Positions 32,094 through 43,247 of a stretch of DNA of 64,000 nucleotides are shown here, piece after piece. Under the pieces are notes generated by a model that saw only the letters and a program-made list of their open reading frames with translations, was not told the DNA's origin and did no database searches. Origin of the DNA: an uncultured Gammaproteobacteria bacterium. Lineage in GTDB: Bacteria > Pseudomonadota > Gammaproteobacteria > GCA-002705445 > GCA-002716945. The position numbers were made by a program, and so were the translations under genes. Numbering within the stretch: position 1 is the stretch's first letter; each line of letters begins with the position of its first letter. Location of the stretch: the NCBI GenBank assembly GCA_902559355.1, contig CACEHM010000001.1, positions 145,829-209,828 on the forward strand, given 5' to 3'.

Positions 32094-33166
32094 TATAATT
32101 TTATTATGTCATTTTTCATGAAGTAATTTTTATCTGTTTCATTGATATTTTTCTTTATAATAAGAACTTTAAACAGTTCACCCATATGATTAGGCATGAT
32201 CAATTTTTTAACAGCATTTAATTCATCAATATCATTTACATTAATGTCATTTAGGATATTAAAATTAATCAAGTAGTTAGCTTGATTCATAAAAGCTACT
32301 ATTTCCCAATTATTTTTGCTAAAGATATTTTTCAGGTAAGTAAAGTTTACAAAAGCACTGACATCTTTCGTTCCAACGTCTGATAGAGGGTTAAAATCTG
32401 TTACATGATTTTTAATACATGTGATTGTTCCTAATGATCTATCTTTTAAGTAAAGTTCTGATGATGTGTAGCCATAGTCAAATATTAAAAAACATGCTCT
32501 GTGTAGAACTCCTGAAATTTCATTAATAATATCCCTCTGTGCGTAGCTATATTCAAATATATAGTTATTTGGAAGATTTTTTGGTAAACCTAAATCTTTA
32601 AAAGCTGGATCATACTTAAAATTAAGTTTTTTCCAATCTAATTTATAATCATCATTAATATAAGCTTTCTGATAACCTCCAGGAACATGCATTATAATAT
32701 CAGTTGGTATGCAATCAAATAATTCATTTGAGATAATAAATGCCTCATTTGGTAAATCTTTAAGATCTGATACCCAGGAAATATCTACCAATTTACTAAT
32801 AGACTTTTCACTTATAATGGATTTCTGTTTTTTTATTAAATAATCAGATTTCTCAAAGAAAATATATTTATTAGGCAATTCTTTTTTATCTTTTAGGTAG
32901 AATAGTAAGTCACAAGCTAAACTTGCATCGCCCCCACCTAATTCGACAATGGTATCAAAAGTTGATTCTTTTATATAATGCTTAGCTATACAGTGAGAAA
33001 AATGTTTTGATACTAAAGGAGATGTAATAAAGTGTCCTTTTTCCCCTAATATTTCATGGTTCTCATATAAACCATATTCTTTATCAAATAATACAAATTC
33101 CATATAATCAGAAAAACTGATTTCTTTTTTCCTTTTAAGTAAGATTTCAAGTTTCGACTGAGACAT
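32093..33166 (-). CDS. class I SAM-dependent methyltransferase, MidA/NDUFAF7 (DUF185) family
   Basis: 357 aa. GHFITSPLVSKHFSHCIAKH and ELGGGDASLACDLL match the COG1565/NDUFAF7 family. Confidence 0.75.
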   Translation of the reverse strand: MSQSKLEILLKRKKEISFSDYMEFVLFDKEYGLYENHEILGEKGHFITSPLVSKHFSHCIAKHYIKESTFDTIVELGGGDASLACDLLFYLKDKKELPNKYIFFEKSDYLIKKQKSIISEKSISKLVDISWVSDLKDLPNEAFIISNELFDCIPTDIIMHVPGGYQKAYINDDYKLDWKKLNFKYDPAFKDLGLPKNLPNNYIFEYSYAQRDIINEISGVLHRACFLIFDYGYTSSELYLKDRSLGTITCIKNHVTDFNPLSDVGTKDVSAFVNFTYLKNIFSKNNWEIVAFMNQANYLINFNILNDINVNDIDELNAVKKLIMPNHMGELFKVLIIKKNINETDKNYFMKNDIIKL

Positions 33167-33241
33167 TTTTTTATGGATAGCGTGAAATATTATTTTATAG
33201 TAGAAGTATAAATTATTTTTAGATTGTGTAATTATATATTA

Positions 33242-33973
33242 ATGAATAAAGTTGCATTAATAACTGGAGGAGCAAGGAGAATAGGTGCGGAAACAGCTAA
33301 TTATTTGCATTCAAAAGGAATTAATATTGTAATTACTTATAGTAAATCATCTGTAGCTGCAAATGCTCTTAAAAAAGAGCTTAACCTTAAAAGAAAAGGG
33401 TCTTGTCATATTTATAAAGCTAAATTTAATTCAAATATTAACTATAAAAAAATTACTACAGATATCATTAGACTTTTTGGCAGACTAGATTACCTCATAA
33501 ATAATGCTTCTAAGTTCTACCCAACTAAAATAAATGAAGTAACAGATAAAGCATGGTCGGATACAATTGATACAAACATCAGGACTCCATTGTTTTTATC
33601 TAAGTATTTTTATAATGAACTTAAAAAAAGGCGAGGAGTAATAATCAACATTATTGATATACATGTGGAGCCACCATTAAAAGATCATATTATATACAAT
33701 GTAAGTAAAGCAGGTCTTTTGGCACTAACAAGGACTCTTGCAAAAGATTTAGCCCCTCAAATACGAGTTAATGGAGTGTCTCCAGGGGCTATCATGTGGC
33801 CAGAAAATGAATCCAGTAATAAGAAGAAGCTCGATATCTTAAGCAAAATACCAATGAAATCAGTTGGTGAACCTGCTGATATAGCAAAGACCATATATTT
33901 TCTTCTTGAGCAGAGTCCTTATATCACCGGGCAAAATATTAATGTGGATGGTGGTAGACGTTTGAATATGTAA
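33242..33973 (+). CDS. short-chain dehydrogenase, pteridine reductase/FolM-like
   Basis: SDR with ALITGGARRIGAETA (the TGxxxRIG pattern of pteridine reductases), a YxxxK catalytic pair and NVSKAGL. Divergent from the folK-folB operon. Confidence 0.65.
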   Translation: MNKVALITGGARRIGAETANYLHSKGINIVITYSKSSVAANALKKELNLKRKGSCHIYKAKFNSNINYKKITTDIIRLFGRLDYLINNASKFYPTKINEVTDKAWSDTIDTNIRTPLFLSKYFYNELKKRRGVIINIIDIHVEPPLKDHIIYNVSKAGLLALTRTLAKDLAPQIRVNGVSPGAIMWPENESSNKKKLDILSKIPMKSVGEPADIAKTIYFLLEQSPYITGQNINVDGGRRLNM

Positions 33974-33975
33974 TA

Positions 33976-34398
33976 TTATGATATTAATGAAATCAAAAAA
34001 AGACTAATTGTTAACCCGCTAGTGACCGGAATCCTAAGTGTGATAAAATACCTCATTGGAAATATATCCTTCAAAGATAAAATTAAATCAAAAAATAGTT
34101 GGGTGACCAAAAATGCTATCACTACCATTAATAAGATTATTTTACTGATTCCTAAAAGACTTAATGTAAGAATTACCATTGATATTAAACTAGGCATAAA
34201 TCCATAGAATTCAAGCCATGGACGGTCTATTACAAAGTTCCAATTATATGCACCAATAAATGTAAATATAATACAACTCATCAACAAGGACAGATCCCAT
34301 ATAAAGTTAACATCTAATATTTCAAGGTAGTATCCATCAATAATAAGACATAGAAATGGTAAAAGACCAAGATATGACACAAGGTATTTAACATTCAT
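33976..34398 (-). CDS. hypothetical 4-TM membrane protein
   Basis: 140 aa, four hydrophobic helices. Overlaps the folK start by 11 bp. No motif recognised. Confidence 0.4.
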   Translation of the reverse strand: MNVKYLVSYLGLLPFLCLIIDGYYLEILDVNFIWDLSLLMSCIIFTFIGAYNWNFVIDRPWLEFYGFMPSLISMVILTLSLLGISKIILLMVVIAFLVTQLFFDLILSLKDIFPMRYFITLRIPVTSGLTISLFLISLIS

Positions 34399-34894
34399 AA
34401 TTGATATTAATTTGATTAATAATCATTTTTTCGTAAGTTGTATTATTAATCATGGTGTGATGAGTCTTTTGGGTAATTGGATGTATATGCGCAGGACATA
34501 AGTCGTAAAGTGGGCGTAAAACAAAATCAAATTTAACAATTTCTGACCTTGGTATGTTTTTATCAATATCAACTAGATTGTCGTAATACAATATATCTAT
34601 ATCTAATGTCCTTGAACTGAATTTTACTTCTCCTAAAGATCTCCCATTTTCTCTTTCAATAGCATTAAGTATTTTTTTTAATTTAATAACATCATATTCA
34701 GTCTTAAATACTGCAACCAAATTATAAAAATTTGGCCCATCAAATCCCATTGATGAAGATTCATATGTAGGGGAAAGTTCTAAATTCGTAAATTCATTAT
34801 TTAACGCTTTTATGCAAGCTCTTATATGTATTCCCTGATTGATATTACTTCCAATACCAACGTAGACTTTATGATTTTTTTCTATAGCGCTCAA
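34388..34894 (-). CDS. folK: 2-amino-4-hydroxy-6-hydroxymethyldihydropteridine pyrophosphokinase
   Basis: 168 aa with VYVGIGSNI N-terminus and conserved HPPK core (ERENGRS...LDIDIL). Confidence 0.9.
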   Translation of the reverse strand: MSAIEKNHKVYVGIGSNINQGIHIRACIKALNNEFTNLELSPTYESSSMGFDGPNFYNLVAVFKTEYDVIKLKKILNAIERENGRSLGEVKFSSRTLDIDILYYDNLVDIDKNIPRSEIVKFDFVLRPLYDLCPAHIHPITQKTHHTMINNTTYEKMIINQININYEC

Positions 34895-35228
34895 TTATAA
34901 CTCCAACTTCTTTAGAGCCAGTAACAGCTCCTGGTTTACTAAACCTTCCTTTTATATAAGTTACATTAAAGTTTTTAAATATAAGCTTTACAGATTCTTC
35001 CGCTAAAGCTTCTATTAGTTGAAATTTACTATCTCCTATAAATGACTTTAACTCCTTGGAGACTGCCTTATAGTCTACAGTATCATTTATTACATCACTA
35101 TTTGATGCATCAATAATATCTGTACCTAATTCTAGGTCTATGCATACAAATTGCTTAATTTTACGTTCCCAGTCATATATCCCTATGACAGTCTCAATAC
35201 AAAGTTCTTTAATAAACACAATATCCAT
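34869..35228 (-). CDS. folB: dihydroneopterin aldolase
   Basis: 119 aa. IFIKELCIETVIGIYDWERKIKQ is the typical FolB start. folB-folK operon. Confidence 0.88.
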   Translation of the reverse strand: MDIVFIKELCIETVIGIYDWERKIKQFVCIDLELGTDIIDASNSDVINDTVDYKAVSKELKSFIGDSKFQLIEALAEESVKLIFKNFNVTYIKGRFSKPGAVTGSKEVGVIIERYRKKS

Positions 35229-35305
35229 ATTTTCTCTCTCATTTATATAATAAACAGTATTGTATCTGATTAGGTTTCTGATATCATTACTGAGTTACAA
35301 AATCA

Positions 35306-35529
35306 TGTCTAAAATTTGCGATATAACAAAAAAGAGAGTAATGGTAGGGAACAATGTTTCCCATGCAAAGAACCGTACAAGGCGCACATTTGAGCCAAAT
35401 TTACACTCTCATAGACTGTGGTCAGAAAAACAAAATAAATTCATTAAACTTACTCTATCAAACAAGGGACTAAGAATAGTCAATAAGCTTGGATTAGATT
35501 CTGCTTTAGTAAAATACGGACTTAAGTAA
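35306..35529 (+). CDS. rpmB: 50S ribosomal protein L28
   Basis: [65 protein letters not shown], canonical L28. The track ORF starts at 35260 but the conserved start is ATG 35306. Confidence 0.93.
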
Positions 35530-35684
35530 TGAGAGAAAAAATCAAACTAGTATCATCTGCTGGCACAGGCCATTTTTATACCACAACTAAAAATAAGAAA
35601 ACTATGCCTGATAAGATGGAAATTAAAAAATTTGATCCTGTTATTAGAAAGTACGTTACTTATACAGAAAAGAAAATTAAATAA
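35529..35684 (+). CDS. rpmG: 50S ribosomal protein L33
   Basis: Not in the ORF track (51 aa). ATG overlaps the rpmB stop (TAATG). Translation [51 protein letters not shown] is canonical L33. rpmB-rpmG operon. Confidence 0.9.
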   Translation: MREKIKLVSSAGTGHFYTTTKNKKTMPDKMEIKKFDPVIRKYVTYTEKKIK

Positions 35685-36828
35685 CTTTATAACTTCTAAG
35701 TCTTATCAGAAAGTCATCCAAAGCCGTTATACCATGGCTTTTAGCTTCACTAGACCAACTGTTTAATGTTTCAATAAACTTTTCATGCTTAGTTTGTCTA
35801 GAGTGTAATATTTCATGAAGTTTATTTTTGAGTTTGTAAATTGTATTAAGTGTAGAGTCATCTTTAAGTAATGCATTTAGCTTATTCTCTTGACTTTCAT
35901 TTAACCTTTGTGGATGATCTGCAAGTAATTTAAATGAAAGTTTAAATCTCTCTTCTTGATAAGCTGGTTTGAGCACTCTTTGTGTAAAATCTGTAATTAC
36001 AGCTAGTTTGGATTGTAATAAAGACTGCGTAATAGTTTTAGCATCTGTATTTTCTTTTTCTTGAATTACTGGTTTTGGAGCAACTCTTTTAACTTTACAT
36101 AAGCCAAAGATCCCAAATATTTTAATGTACATCCATCCTATATCAAATTCCCATGGTCTTAATGAAAATTTTGCTGCTGTTGGATATGCATGATGATTGT
36201 TATGCAGTTCTTCACCTCCAATAATAATTCCTATTGGTGACATATTTGTTGAATCATCATTAGTATTATAATTTCGATAACCCCAATAGTGTCCTGCACC
36301 GTTTATACCGCCTGCTGCAAATATTGGAGTCCACATCATTTGTATAGCCCAAATTATTATTCCAACTGTTCCGAATAATGCGATGTTAATAATAAATAGT
36401 AATAATATGCCTAAATTATTTCTGCCAGTATAAATCTTTTCCTCTACCCAATCTGTAGGACAGTTCTGAGAATATTTTTCTATAGTTTCTTTATTATTTT
36501 TCTCTTTGTGGTAGAGATCTGCTCCTTGAAGAATTACCTTATTGATACCATAGAATGTTGGACTATGCGGATCGTCTTCAGTTTCAACTTTTGCATGATG
36601 CTTTCTGTGTATTGCAACCCAATCAGCTGTTCTCATGGATGTAGTCAACCACAACCAGAATCTAAAGAAATGCGAGAGAATAGGATGAATCTCTATAGCT
36701 GAGTGGCAAACCCCTCTATGAAGATAGAGTGTTATTGCTACAATTGTTATATGAGTAACCACCAATGTATATATGGCATATTCTATAAAGCTGAGTGGTA
36801 TAAGTCCGTTTATGAATGTATCGAGCAT
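35677..36828 (-). CDS. membrane fatty-acid (acyl-lipid/acyl-CoA) desaturase
   Basis: 383 aa, N-terminal TM helices. Histidine boxes [17 protein letters not shown] and HNNHHAYP are typical of integral desaturases. 8-bp convergent overlap with rpmG. Confidence 0.8.
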   Translation of the reverse strand: MLDTFINGLIPLSFIEYAIYTLVVTHITIVAITLYLHRGVCHSAIEIHPILSHFFRFWLWLTTSMRTADWVAIHRKHHAKVETEDDPHSPTFYGINKVILQGADLYHKEKNNKETIEKYSQNCPTDWVEEKIYTGRNNLGILLLFIINIALFGTVGIIIWAIQMMWTPIFAAGGINGAGHYWGYRNYNTNDDSTNMSPIGIIIGGEELHNNHHAYPTAAKFSLRPWEFDIGWMYIKIFGIFGLCKVKRVAPKPVIQEKENTDAKTITQSLLQSKLAVITDFTQRVLKPAYQEERFKLSFKLLADHPQRLNESQENKLNALLKDDSTLNTIYKLKNKLHEILHSRQTKHEKFIETLNSWSSEAKSHGITALDDFLIRLRSYKVI

Positions 36829-36883
36829 ATTAGTTTCCAGTAGGTTATTATCTTAACAAGAAAATACATTATGTCCAATTATT

Positions 36884-37702
36884 ATGCCTGAATTACCTGA
36901 AGTTGAAACAATTATGACCCTTGTTAAGTGTAGGGTTGAAAATAAAAAAATTAAAAAAACTAAGGTAATAAATCCAAAACTTAGATGGCCCATAGAGACT
37001 AGAAAAGTTAAACACTTAGAGGGCAAAACTATTAAAAGTGTATCAAGAAGAGGCAAATATCTGATATTTAAATTTAAGTCACAAAAAGAAATATTAATAA
37101 TTCATTTAGGCATGACGGGGATTATCTCGTTCAAAAAGATAGAGGATTATGAAAAACATAAACATGATCATTTATTAATATACTTTAATGATTTTGTTTT
37201 TATATTTAATGATGTTAGGAAATTTGGATCCATACATATATCTAATGACTTAAATAACATGTTTTTGATAAAAAATTTAGGCGTAGAGCCTTTATCTTTT
37301 GATTTTAATACAGAATACTTATATCAATTATCAAAAAAAAGATCTTGTACAATCAAAGAATTTATAATGAATCAAAAAATAGTAGTTGGAGTAGGGAACA
37401 TTTATGCAGCAGAGGCACTATTTTTATCCAAGATTCATCCTGCTATGAGAACAAATAAATTGACACTTATAAAGTGTAAAAAATTAGTTAGTAGTATAAA
37501 AAATATTTTATCAAAAGCAATTAAAATGGGCGGAACAACTATTAAAGATTATGTTAATGCTGAGGGGAAACCTGGATACTTTACACAAGAATTACTGATA
37601 TACCAGAAAGATAAATGTCCCATTCATAAAAATAATAAAGTAACTAACATTAAAATATCTGGTAGGGCATCTTATTTTTGTGATAAGTGTCAGATTAAAT
37701 AA
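36884..37702 (+). CDS. mutM: formamidopyrimidine-DNA glycosylase
   Basis: 272 aa. MPELPEVETI N-terminus and C-terminal zinc finger CPIHKNNKVTNIKISGRASYFCDKC. Confidence 0.92.
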   Translation: MPELPEVETIMTLVKCRVENKKIKKTKVINPKLRWPIETRKVKHLEGKTIKSVSRRGKYLIFKFKSQKEILIIHLGMTGIISFKKIEDYEKHKHDHLLIYFNDFVFIFNDVRKFGSIHISNDLNNMFLIKNLGVEPLSFDFNTEYLYQLSKKRSCTIKEFIMNQKIVVGVGNIYAAEALFLSKIHPAMRTNKLTLIKCKKLVSSIKNILSKAIKMGGTTIKDYVNAEGKPGYFTQELLIYQKDKCPIHKNNKVTNIKISGRASYFCDKCQIK

Positions 37703-39046
37703 TTACGAACCAATATCACTTCTGAAAAATACTAAGGAATTATCTTCATTTTTCAAATCTGAATCAGTATAAGCCTTAATTTTAGATATACTCTCATATG
37801 CTGTATCAATAGCACTTTGTTTGTCCTCTCCAAACGTATTAACAGAAAGTATCCTTCCACCCGTAACTTTTATCGAACCATTATTGATCTGTGTTCCAGC
37901 ATGAAATACTTTAACAAATTCATTTTCCTCTAAGTGAGATAAATCAATATAAAATTCCTTTATTAGTTTTTCTGGGTAACCTGTAGCTGCTAGAACTATA
38001 GTACAACAATAACCTGAATATTTTTTATTATCTATAAATGATAAGTTGAAGTTATCAGGATATTGTGAGTTGTCAAATCCTATAAGGTCAAGGAAATCAA
38101 CTTCGTTTTTATCAAGATACATAAGGATATTTTGTGTTTCTGGATCACCCATTCTACAGTTATATTCAAGTAGATATGGTTTATCATCATGAGTTGATAT
38201 CATTAATCCTAGATACATGAAACCATTATATCTACTAGAAGACCCTGATCCATTATTGATAGCAACTATAGTCTTTATAAGTATTTTCTCTATTTCAACA
38301 TTTAAAGAGTAGATATCATTTTTTTTATATGCGCAAAAGGGGTGAGTGACTGCACCCATTCCACCTGTATTAGGGCCTGAATTATATTCATCCCTTGATT
38401 TGTAATCTTTTATCCAAGTTAGTCCAATATTTTTTTTATTAGCATTAGGATTACAAATATATATGGCTGAGAGCTCTATACCTTTTATAAAGTCTTCAAT
38501 TATTATTTTTTCTTCTGGTTTAAGTAAGTTATCAATAGAATTTTTTGCAGCATCAATCGTTTCACAAATATCAACACCTTTTCCAGCTGCAAGACCATCA
38601 TATTTAATTACAATTGGCATTTTTTTATCATTTAAATAATCTTTTGCTTTTTTAGAATCATTAAATTCCTTATAGCTTGCTGTAGGGAGATTATTAGAAT
38701 CCATAAAATTCTTTGAAAATACTTTTGATCCTTCTAATTGTGCAAAATATTTTTTAGGTCCAAAAATATTGAGATTATTTTCTTCAAATAAATCACTTAT
38801 GCCTTCAACCAATGGCACTTCTGGTCCCACTATTGTTAAGTCAATATTATTCTCAAGAGCAAAATTCAATACAGCTTGATGGTTATTGATATCACACTCT
38901 ATGTTGAAGACATTTTTTTCAGATAATGTCCCTGCATTACCAGGCATAACAAATATTTTTTCAATTTCTCTTTTAGACTTAGAAATTATCCATGATATTG
39001 AATGTTCTCTTCCACCAGATCCTAATATTAAAATCTTTAGTCCCAT
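37703..39046 (-). CDS. purD: phosphoribosylamine--glycine ligase
   Basis: 447 aa, ATP-grasp, MGLKILILGSGGREHSISW N-terminus. Confidence 0.93.
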   Translation of the reverse strand: MGLKILILGSGGREHSISWIISKSKREIEKIFVMPGNAGTLSEKNVFNIECDINNHQAVLNFALENNIDLTIVGPEVPLVEGISDLFEENNLNIFGPKKYFAQLEGSKVFSKNFMDSNNLPTASYKEFNDSKKAKDYLNDKKMPIVIKYDGLAAGKGVDICETIDAAKNSIDNLLKPEEKIIIEDFIKGIELSAIYICNPNANKKNIGLTWIKDYKSRDEYNSGPNTGGMGAVTHPFCAYKKNDIYSLNVEIEKILIKTIVAINNGSGSSSRYNGFMYLGLMISTHDDKPYLLEYNCRMGDPETQNILMYLDKNEVDFLDLIGFDNSQYPDNFNLSFIDNKKYSGYCCTIVLAATGYPEKLIKEFYIDLSHLEENEFVKVFHAGTQINNGSIKVTGGRILSVNTFGEDKQSAIDTAYESISKIKAYTDSDLKNEDNSLVFFRSDIGS

Positions 39047-39047
39047 A

Positions 39048-40595
39048 TCAGTGTTTAAACACTCTTGTATGAGAAAAGCACATAGACAATTTATGTTGAT
39101 TAGCTACTTTAATTATTTTTTCATCATTAATGGAGCCACCTGGTTGAATAATTGCTGATACACCTAACTTTTTTGCGAGGTCAACATTATCTCTAAAAGG
39201 GAAAAAAGCTTCAGATGCCATTACAGAACCTTCTAAAGATATTTTTTCTTTCTTAGCTTTATTATGAGCAATATTTGTTGAATCAATTCTACTCATCTGA
39301 CCCGCGCCTATGCCTAGTGTCCTATTATTTTTTACTATAACTATAGAATTTGATTTTACATATCTAGATATTTTAAAAGCAAATATCATATCCTCAATTT
39401 GTTTAACAGTAGGTTTTTTTGTGGTTACTGTAGTAAGATCTTTTGGTGTAATATATTTATTATCTTTTTCTTGTACAAGCAGCTTATCTCTTAAAAGTTT
39501 TGTTTCATAAAAAACATCTTTCTTTTTCTTAAGTTTAATTTTGAGGAGCCTAACATTAGGTTTCTTCTGTATGACATCCATTGTCTCTTTATCGAATCCT
39601 GGAGCAGCAATTACTTCAACAAATTGTTTTTCTAATATTTTGGAAATAAGTTGATGATTAACTTTTTTATTAAAAGTTATTATACCTCCAAAAGCTGAAG
39701 TTGGATCAGTTTTATAAGCATTATTGTATGAACCCTCAAGTGAATTTGATGATGCTACTCCGCATGGGTTTGCATGTTTTACTATTACACATGATGGCAT
39801 ATCAAATTGCTCTACACATGAGAATGCGCTCTCAGTATCAACAAGATTATTAAACGATAGAGCTTTGCCAGATAATTGTGTGTATTCAAATTTTGTGAGA
39901 TGAGGATTTGTAATCTCGTATAATTTAGCTTTTTGATGAGGGTTTTCTCCATATCGAAGTTTAGATAATTCTTTAGCTTCTATCGATATGTTTTCATCCA
40001 ATAAACCATTATTCTTCTCTGTAAATTTACTCAGATAGCTTGCAATTATGGAGTCATATTTTGAAACTAGAGAGTAAACTTTAGTAGCTAATCTCAATCT
40101 TGTTTTGGGCTGAACATTACCTTTATTTTCTATTTCGTCTAAAACTTGATCATAATCTAATGGGTCTGTAAGAACCGTAACTCTATGATGATTTTTTGCG
40201 GATGCTCTCAATAATGTAGGACCGCCAATATCAATATTTTCGATGGCTAAATTAAATGAGCAGGTTTTTTTAGCAATTGTTTTTTCAAAAGGATATAAAT
40301 TAACAACAACCATATCAATTAGTGAATATTTTTTATTTTTAAGCTTATCAAGATCTTTTTTTGATTTAGCTAATATTCCTGCATGAATAATAGGATGTAA
40401 TGTCTTTACTCTGCCGCCAAGGATTTCCTCAAATTTTGTAAATTTAGATATAGGTATTATTTTTATACCCTTTTCTTGTAGATAATTGGCTGTACCCCCT
40501 GTTGATATAATTGTGTAGCCATTTTCAACTAGTTTGGATGCTAATAAATCTATGTTTGTCTTGTCGGATACACTGATAAGAGCTATTTTGTTCAT
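39048..40595 (-). CDS. purH: bifunctional AICAR transformylase / IMP cyclohydrolase
   Basis: 515 aa, MNKIALISVSDKTNI (MGS-like) N-terminus and AICARFT C-terminal domain. Confidence 0.93.
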   Translation of the reverse strand: MNKIALISVSDKTNIDLLASKLVENGYTIISTGGTANYLQEKGIKIIPISKFTKFEEILGGRVKTLHPIIHAGILAKSKKDLDKLKNKKYSLIDMVVVNLYPFEKTIAKKTCSFNLAIENIDIGGPTLLRASAKNHHRVTVLTDPLDYDQVLDEIENKGNVQPKTRLRLATKVYSLVSKYDSIIASYLSKFTEKNNGLLDENISIEAKELSKLRYGENPHQKAKLYEITNPHLTKFEYTQLSGKALSFNNLVDTESAFSCVEQFDMPSCVIVKHANPCGVASSNSLEGSYNNAYKTDPTSAFGGIITFNKKVNHQLISKILEKQFVEVIAAPGFDKETMDVIQKKPNVRLLKIKLKKKKDVFYETKLLRDKLLVQEKDNKYITPKDLTTVTTKKPTVKQIEDMIFAFKISRYVKSNSIVIVKNNRTLGIGAGQMSRIDSTNIAHNKAKKEKISLEGSVMASEAFFPFRDNVDLAKKLGVSAIIQPGGSINDEKIIKVANQHKLSMCFSHTRVFKH

Positions 40596-40596
40596 C

Positions 40597-40860
40597 CTAT
40601 TTTATGTCATACTCTTTAATTCTTTTGATTAGTGTACCTCGGCTTATTCCAAGGAAGTCAGCAGACTTTGTTACATTTCCTTTGCATAACTCAAGAACGG
40701 TATCTATTAAAGTTCTTTCGGTATCATTTAAAAAAAGACTATGCATATTCGAAGTGCTTACATTACCATTCATATTTTTTATAAATAATTTAGCTTCTTT
40801 TTTTACAACTGTACTCAGGCTACTATTGGATAAATTTTTTGTGACTCTTTTTTTCTTCAT
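40597..40860 (-). CDS. fis: Fis family DNA-binding protein
   Basis: 87 aa, C-terminal HTH GNVTKSADFLGISRGTLIKRIKEY. Located directly upstream of purH as in Pseudomonas (dusB-fis-purH-purD). Confidence 0.8.
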   Translation of the reverse strand: MKKKRVTKNLSNSSLSTVVKKEAKLFIKNMNGNVSTSNMHSLFLNDTERTLIDTVLELCKGNVTKSADFLGISRGTLIKRIKEYDIK

Positions 40861-40945
40861 ATTCTATTTAAATAAAAATGATTACCCCGAATAGAATATA
40901 TATTACAATCAATAGTACTTTTGATAAAGGTCAAATAACTAAAAA

Positions 40946-42292
40946 TTACTTATTTTTAATGTACTTTGTAAGCGTATTTATGGAGTAATTACCAGATGAA
41001 AAGAAATCTGTTCTTAGTAAATTTTTATGTAAATCGATATTTGTTTTAACACCTTGAACTACAGTTTCACTCAATGCTTGATACATTTTTTCAATCGCGA
41101 GCTCTCTAGTCTTATCATATGTGATTAACTTCGCTAAAAGAGAGTCATAATATGGAGGTACTGAATAGCCACTGTAAACATGAGTATCTATTCTAACGCC
41201 TGGCCCTCCTGGAGCGTGAAAAGCTTCAATTTTACCCGGAGATGGAATAAATGTTTCAGGATCCTCAGCATTTATTCGACATTCAATAGCATGTCCCTTA
41301 AGGGTAATATCTTTTTGTTCCATGCTTAAGCTTTCGCCTGATGCGACTCTTATTTGCTCAGCAATCAAATCTGTATTAGTCACTAGTTCAGTTACAGGGT
41401 GTTCAACCTGTATTCTTGTATTCATCTCAATGAAGCTAAAATGACCATCTTGATATAAAAATTCAAATGTACCTGCACCTGTATAACCTAGTTTTATACA
41501 TGCATCAGCACATACAGCTCCAATTTTATCAATTTCGCTCCGTGAAATTCCACATGCCTGTGTTTCTTCTATAACTTTTTGATTCCTTCTTTGCATAGAG
41601 CAATCTCTTTCACCAAAATGAACTGCATTGCCATGTTCATCGCTCATGATTTGTATTTCAATATGTCTAGGATTATCAAAATATTTTTCAAAGTATAAGT
41701 CTCCATTACCAAAAGCATTTTTAGCTTCTGTTCGCACAATATTCATACTACTAGCAAGGTCAGATTCTTTTTCAACGACCATCATGCCTCTACCACCACC
41801 ACCATGAATTGCTTTTAACATTATCGGATAACCAATTTCATTAACTTTTTTAAGCATTGCTTTATCAGGCTGCTCAGGAAGAACTCCATCAAAACCTGGA
41901 ATGCATGGAACACCAAAGTCTTTCATTGCATTCTTAGCTTTAATTTTATCCCCCATCTTATTTAACACTTTACTTGATGGCCCTATAAACTTAAATTTAT
42001 TGGTTTCAATAATTTCTGCAAACATTTCAGATTCAGATAAAAATCCATAGCCTGGATGAATAGCGTCAGAATTAGTTAGTTCAGCTGCACTTATAATAGA
42101 TGGCATATTGAGGTAGCTTTCTCGTGGATTAGGGCCGCCAATACATACAGATTCGTCTGCAAGTTTTACATGAGCTAACTGTCTATCCGCTGTTGAATGA
42201 ACTGCTACTGTTTTAATACCAAGCTTCTTACATGCCCTAAGTACTCTTAGAGCTATTTCACCCCTATTTGCAATCAATACTTTATTGATCAT
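40946..42292 (-). CDS. accC: acetyl-CoA carboxylase biotin carboxylase subunit
   Basis: 448 aa ATP-grasp. [33 protein letters not shown] is the canonical AccC start. Confidence 0.95.
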   Translation of the reverse strand: MINKVLIANRGEIALRVLRACKKLGIKTVAVHSTADRQLAHVKLADESVCIGGPNPRESYLNMPSIISAAELTNSDAIHPGYGFLSESEMFAEIIETNKFKFIGPSSKVLNKMGDKIKAKNAMKDFGVPCIPGFDGVLPEQPDKAMLKKVNEIGYPIMLKAIHGGGGRGMMVVEKESDLASSMNIVRTEAKNAFGNGDLYFEKYFDNPRHIEIQIMSDEHGNAVHFGERDCSMQRRNQKVIEETQACGISRSEIDKIGAVCADACIKLGYTGAGTFEFLYQDGHFSFIEMNTRIQVEHPVTELVTNTDLIAEQIRVASGESLSMEQKDITLKGHAIECRINAEDPETFIPSPGKIEAFHAPGGPGVRIDTHVYSGYSVPPYYDSLLAKLITYDKTRELAIEKMYQALSETVVQGVKTNIDLHKNLLRTDFFSSGNYSINTLTKYIKNK

Positions 42293-42747
42293 TCGATTAC
42301 AAACAAAGGTTGATCAAATTCTACTGGTTCTGCATTATCAACTAGTATTTCCAATATTTTACCATCTGACTCAGCTTGAACTTGATTCATCATTTTCATT
42401 GCTTCTAGAATACATAAAGTATCACCTTTCTTGACAGATTGGCCTTCAGTTACAAATGGCTTAGATTCCGGTGACGCTGATGCATAAAATGTTCCTACCA
42501 TAGGTGAGTTTACAGTATTACGATTTTTATTTGCTGAGTCATCTGACTTGTCTTCTACTTGCGGGGTTATTTGAGCTGGCTGTTGCTGAGGCATCATAGG
42601 TTGTTGCATCATCTGTTGAACTGGAGCAACAGGACTCCCAATATTTCTAGAGAGCTTAATAGACTCTTCACCTTCTTTAACTTCTATTTCAGCAATACCA
42701 CTTTCTTCTAGAAGCTCCATCAATTTCTTAATTTTTCTTAGATCCAT
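42289..42747 (-). CDS. accB: acetyl-CoA carboxylase biotin carboxyl carrier protein
   Basis: 152 aa, Pro/Gln-rich linker and biotinylation motif EAMKMMNQ. Confidence 0.93.
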   Translation of the reverse strand: MDLRKIKKLMELLEESGIAEIEVKEGEESIKLSRNIGSPVAPVQQMMQQPMMPQQQPAQITPQVEDKSDDSANKNRNTVNSPMVGTFYASASPESKPFVTEGQSVKKGDTLCILEAMKMMNQVQAESDGKILEILVDNAEPVEFDQPLFVIE

Positions 42748-42749
42748 AT

Positions 42750-43181
42750 TTAACCCCTTTGTAATATTGATAATAATGCAAATTCATAACCAGCTACACC
42801 CAAGCCAGTAATAAGTCCTTTACTTATATCGGATAAGTATGATTTTTTACGAAATTCTTCTCTGCTGTAAATATTGGAAATATGTACTTCTATAAAAGGT
42901 ATCCCAACTCCTAGAAACGCATCTCTAAGCGCAATGCTTGTATGAGTGAAAGCACCCGGATTTATTATAATATAATCAACAAGATCTTTTTTCGCCTCAT
43001 GCAACCTGTCAATAAGTTCATTTTCAGAATTAGATTGATAAAACTCTATAGATACCGATTTTCTTGATGCTATTGATTGTAGGTTTTTTTGAATATCTTC
43101 TAGTGTATCAGTACCGTAAACTTCAGGTTCTCTAGTACCAAGTAGGTTTAAATTAGGTCCATTAAGTACTAGTATTTTCAT
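42750..43181 (-). CDS. aroQ: type II 3-dehydroquinate dehydratase
   Basis: 143 aa. [23 protein letters not shown] and HISNIYSRE motifs. Confidence 0.93.
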   Translation of the reverse strand: MKILVLNGPNLNLLGTREPEVYGTDTLEDIQKNLQSIASRKSVSIEFYQSNSENELIDRLHEAKKDLVDYIIINPGAFTHTSIALRDAFLGVGIPFIEVHISNIYSREEFRKKSYLSDISKGLITGLGVAGYEFALLSILQRG

Positions 43182-43247
43182 TTTTAGAAGTATTTAGTTG
43201 ATTTTAGCTGATTTTATATGATGTTTGATGAAAATAGAAGTTTTATT

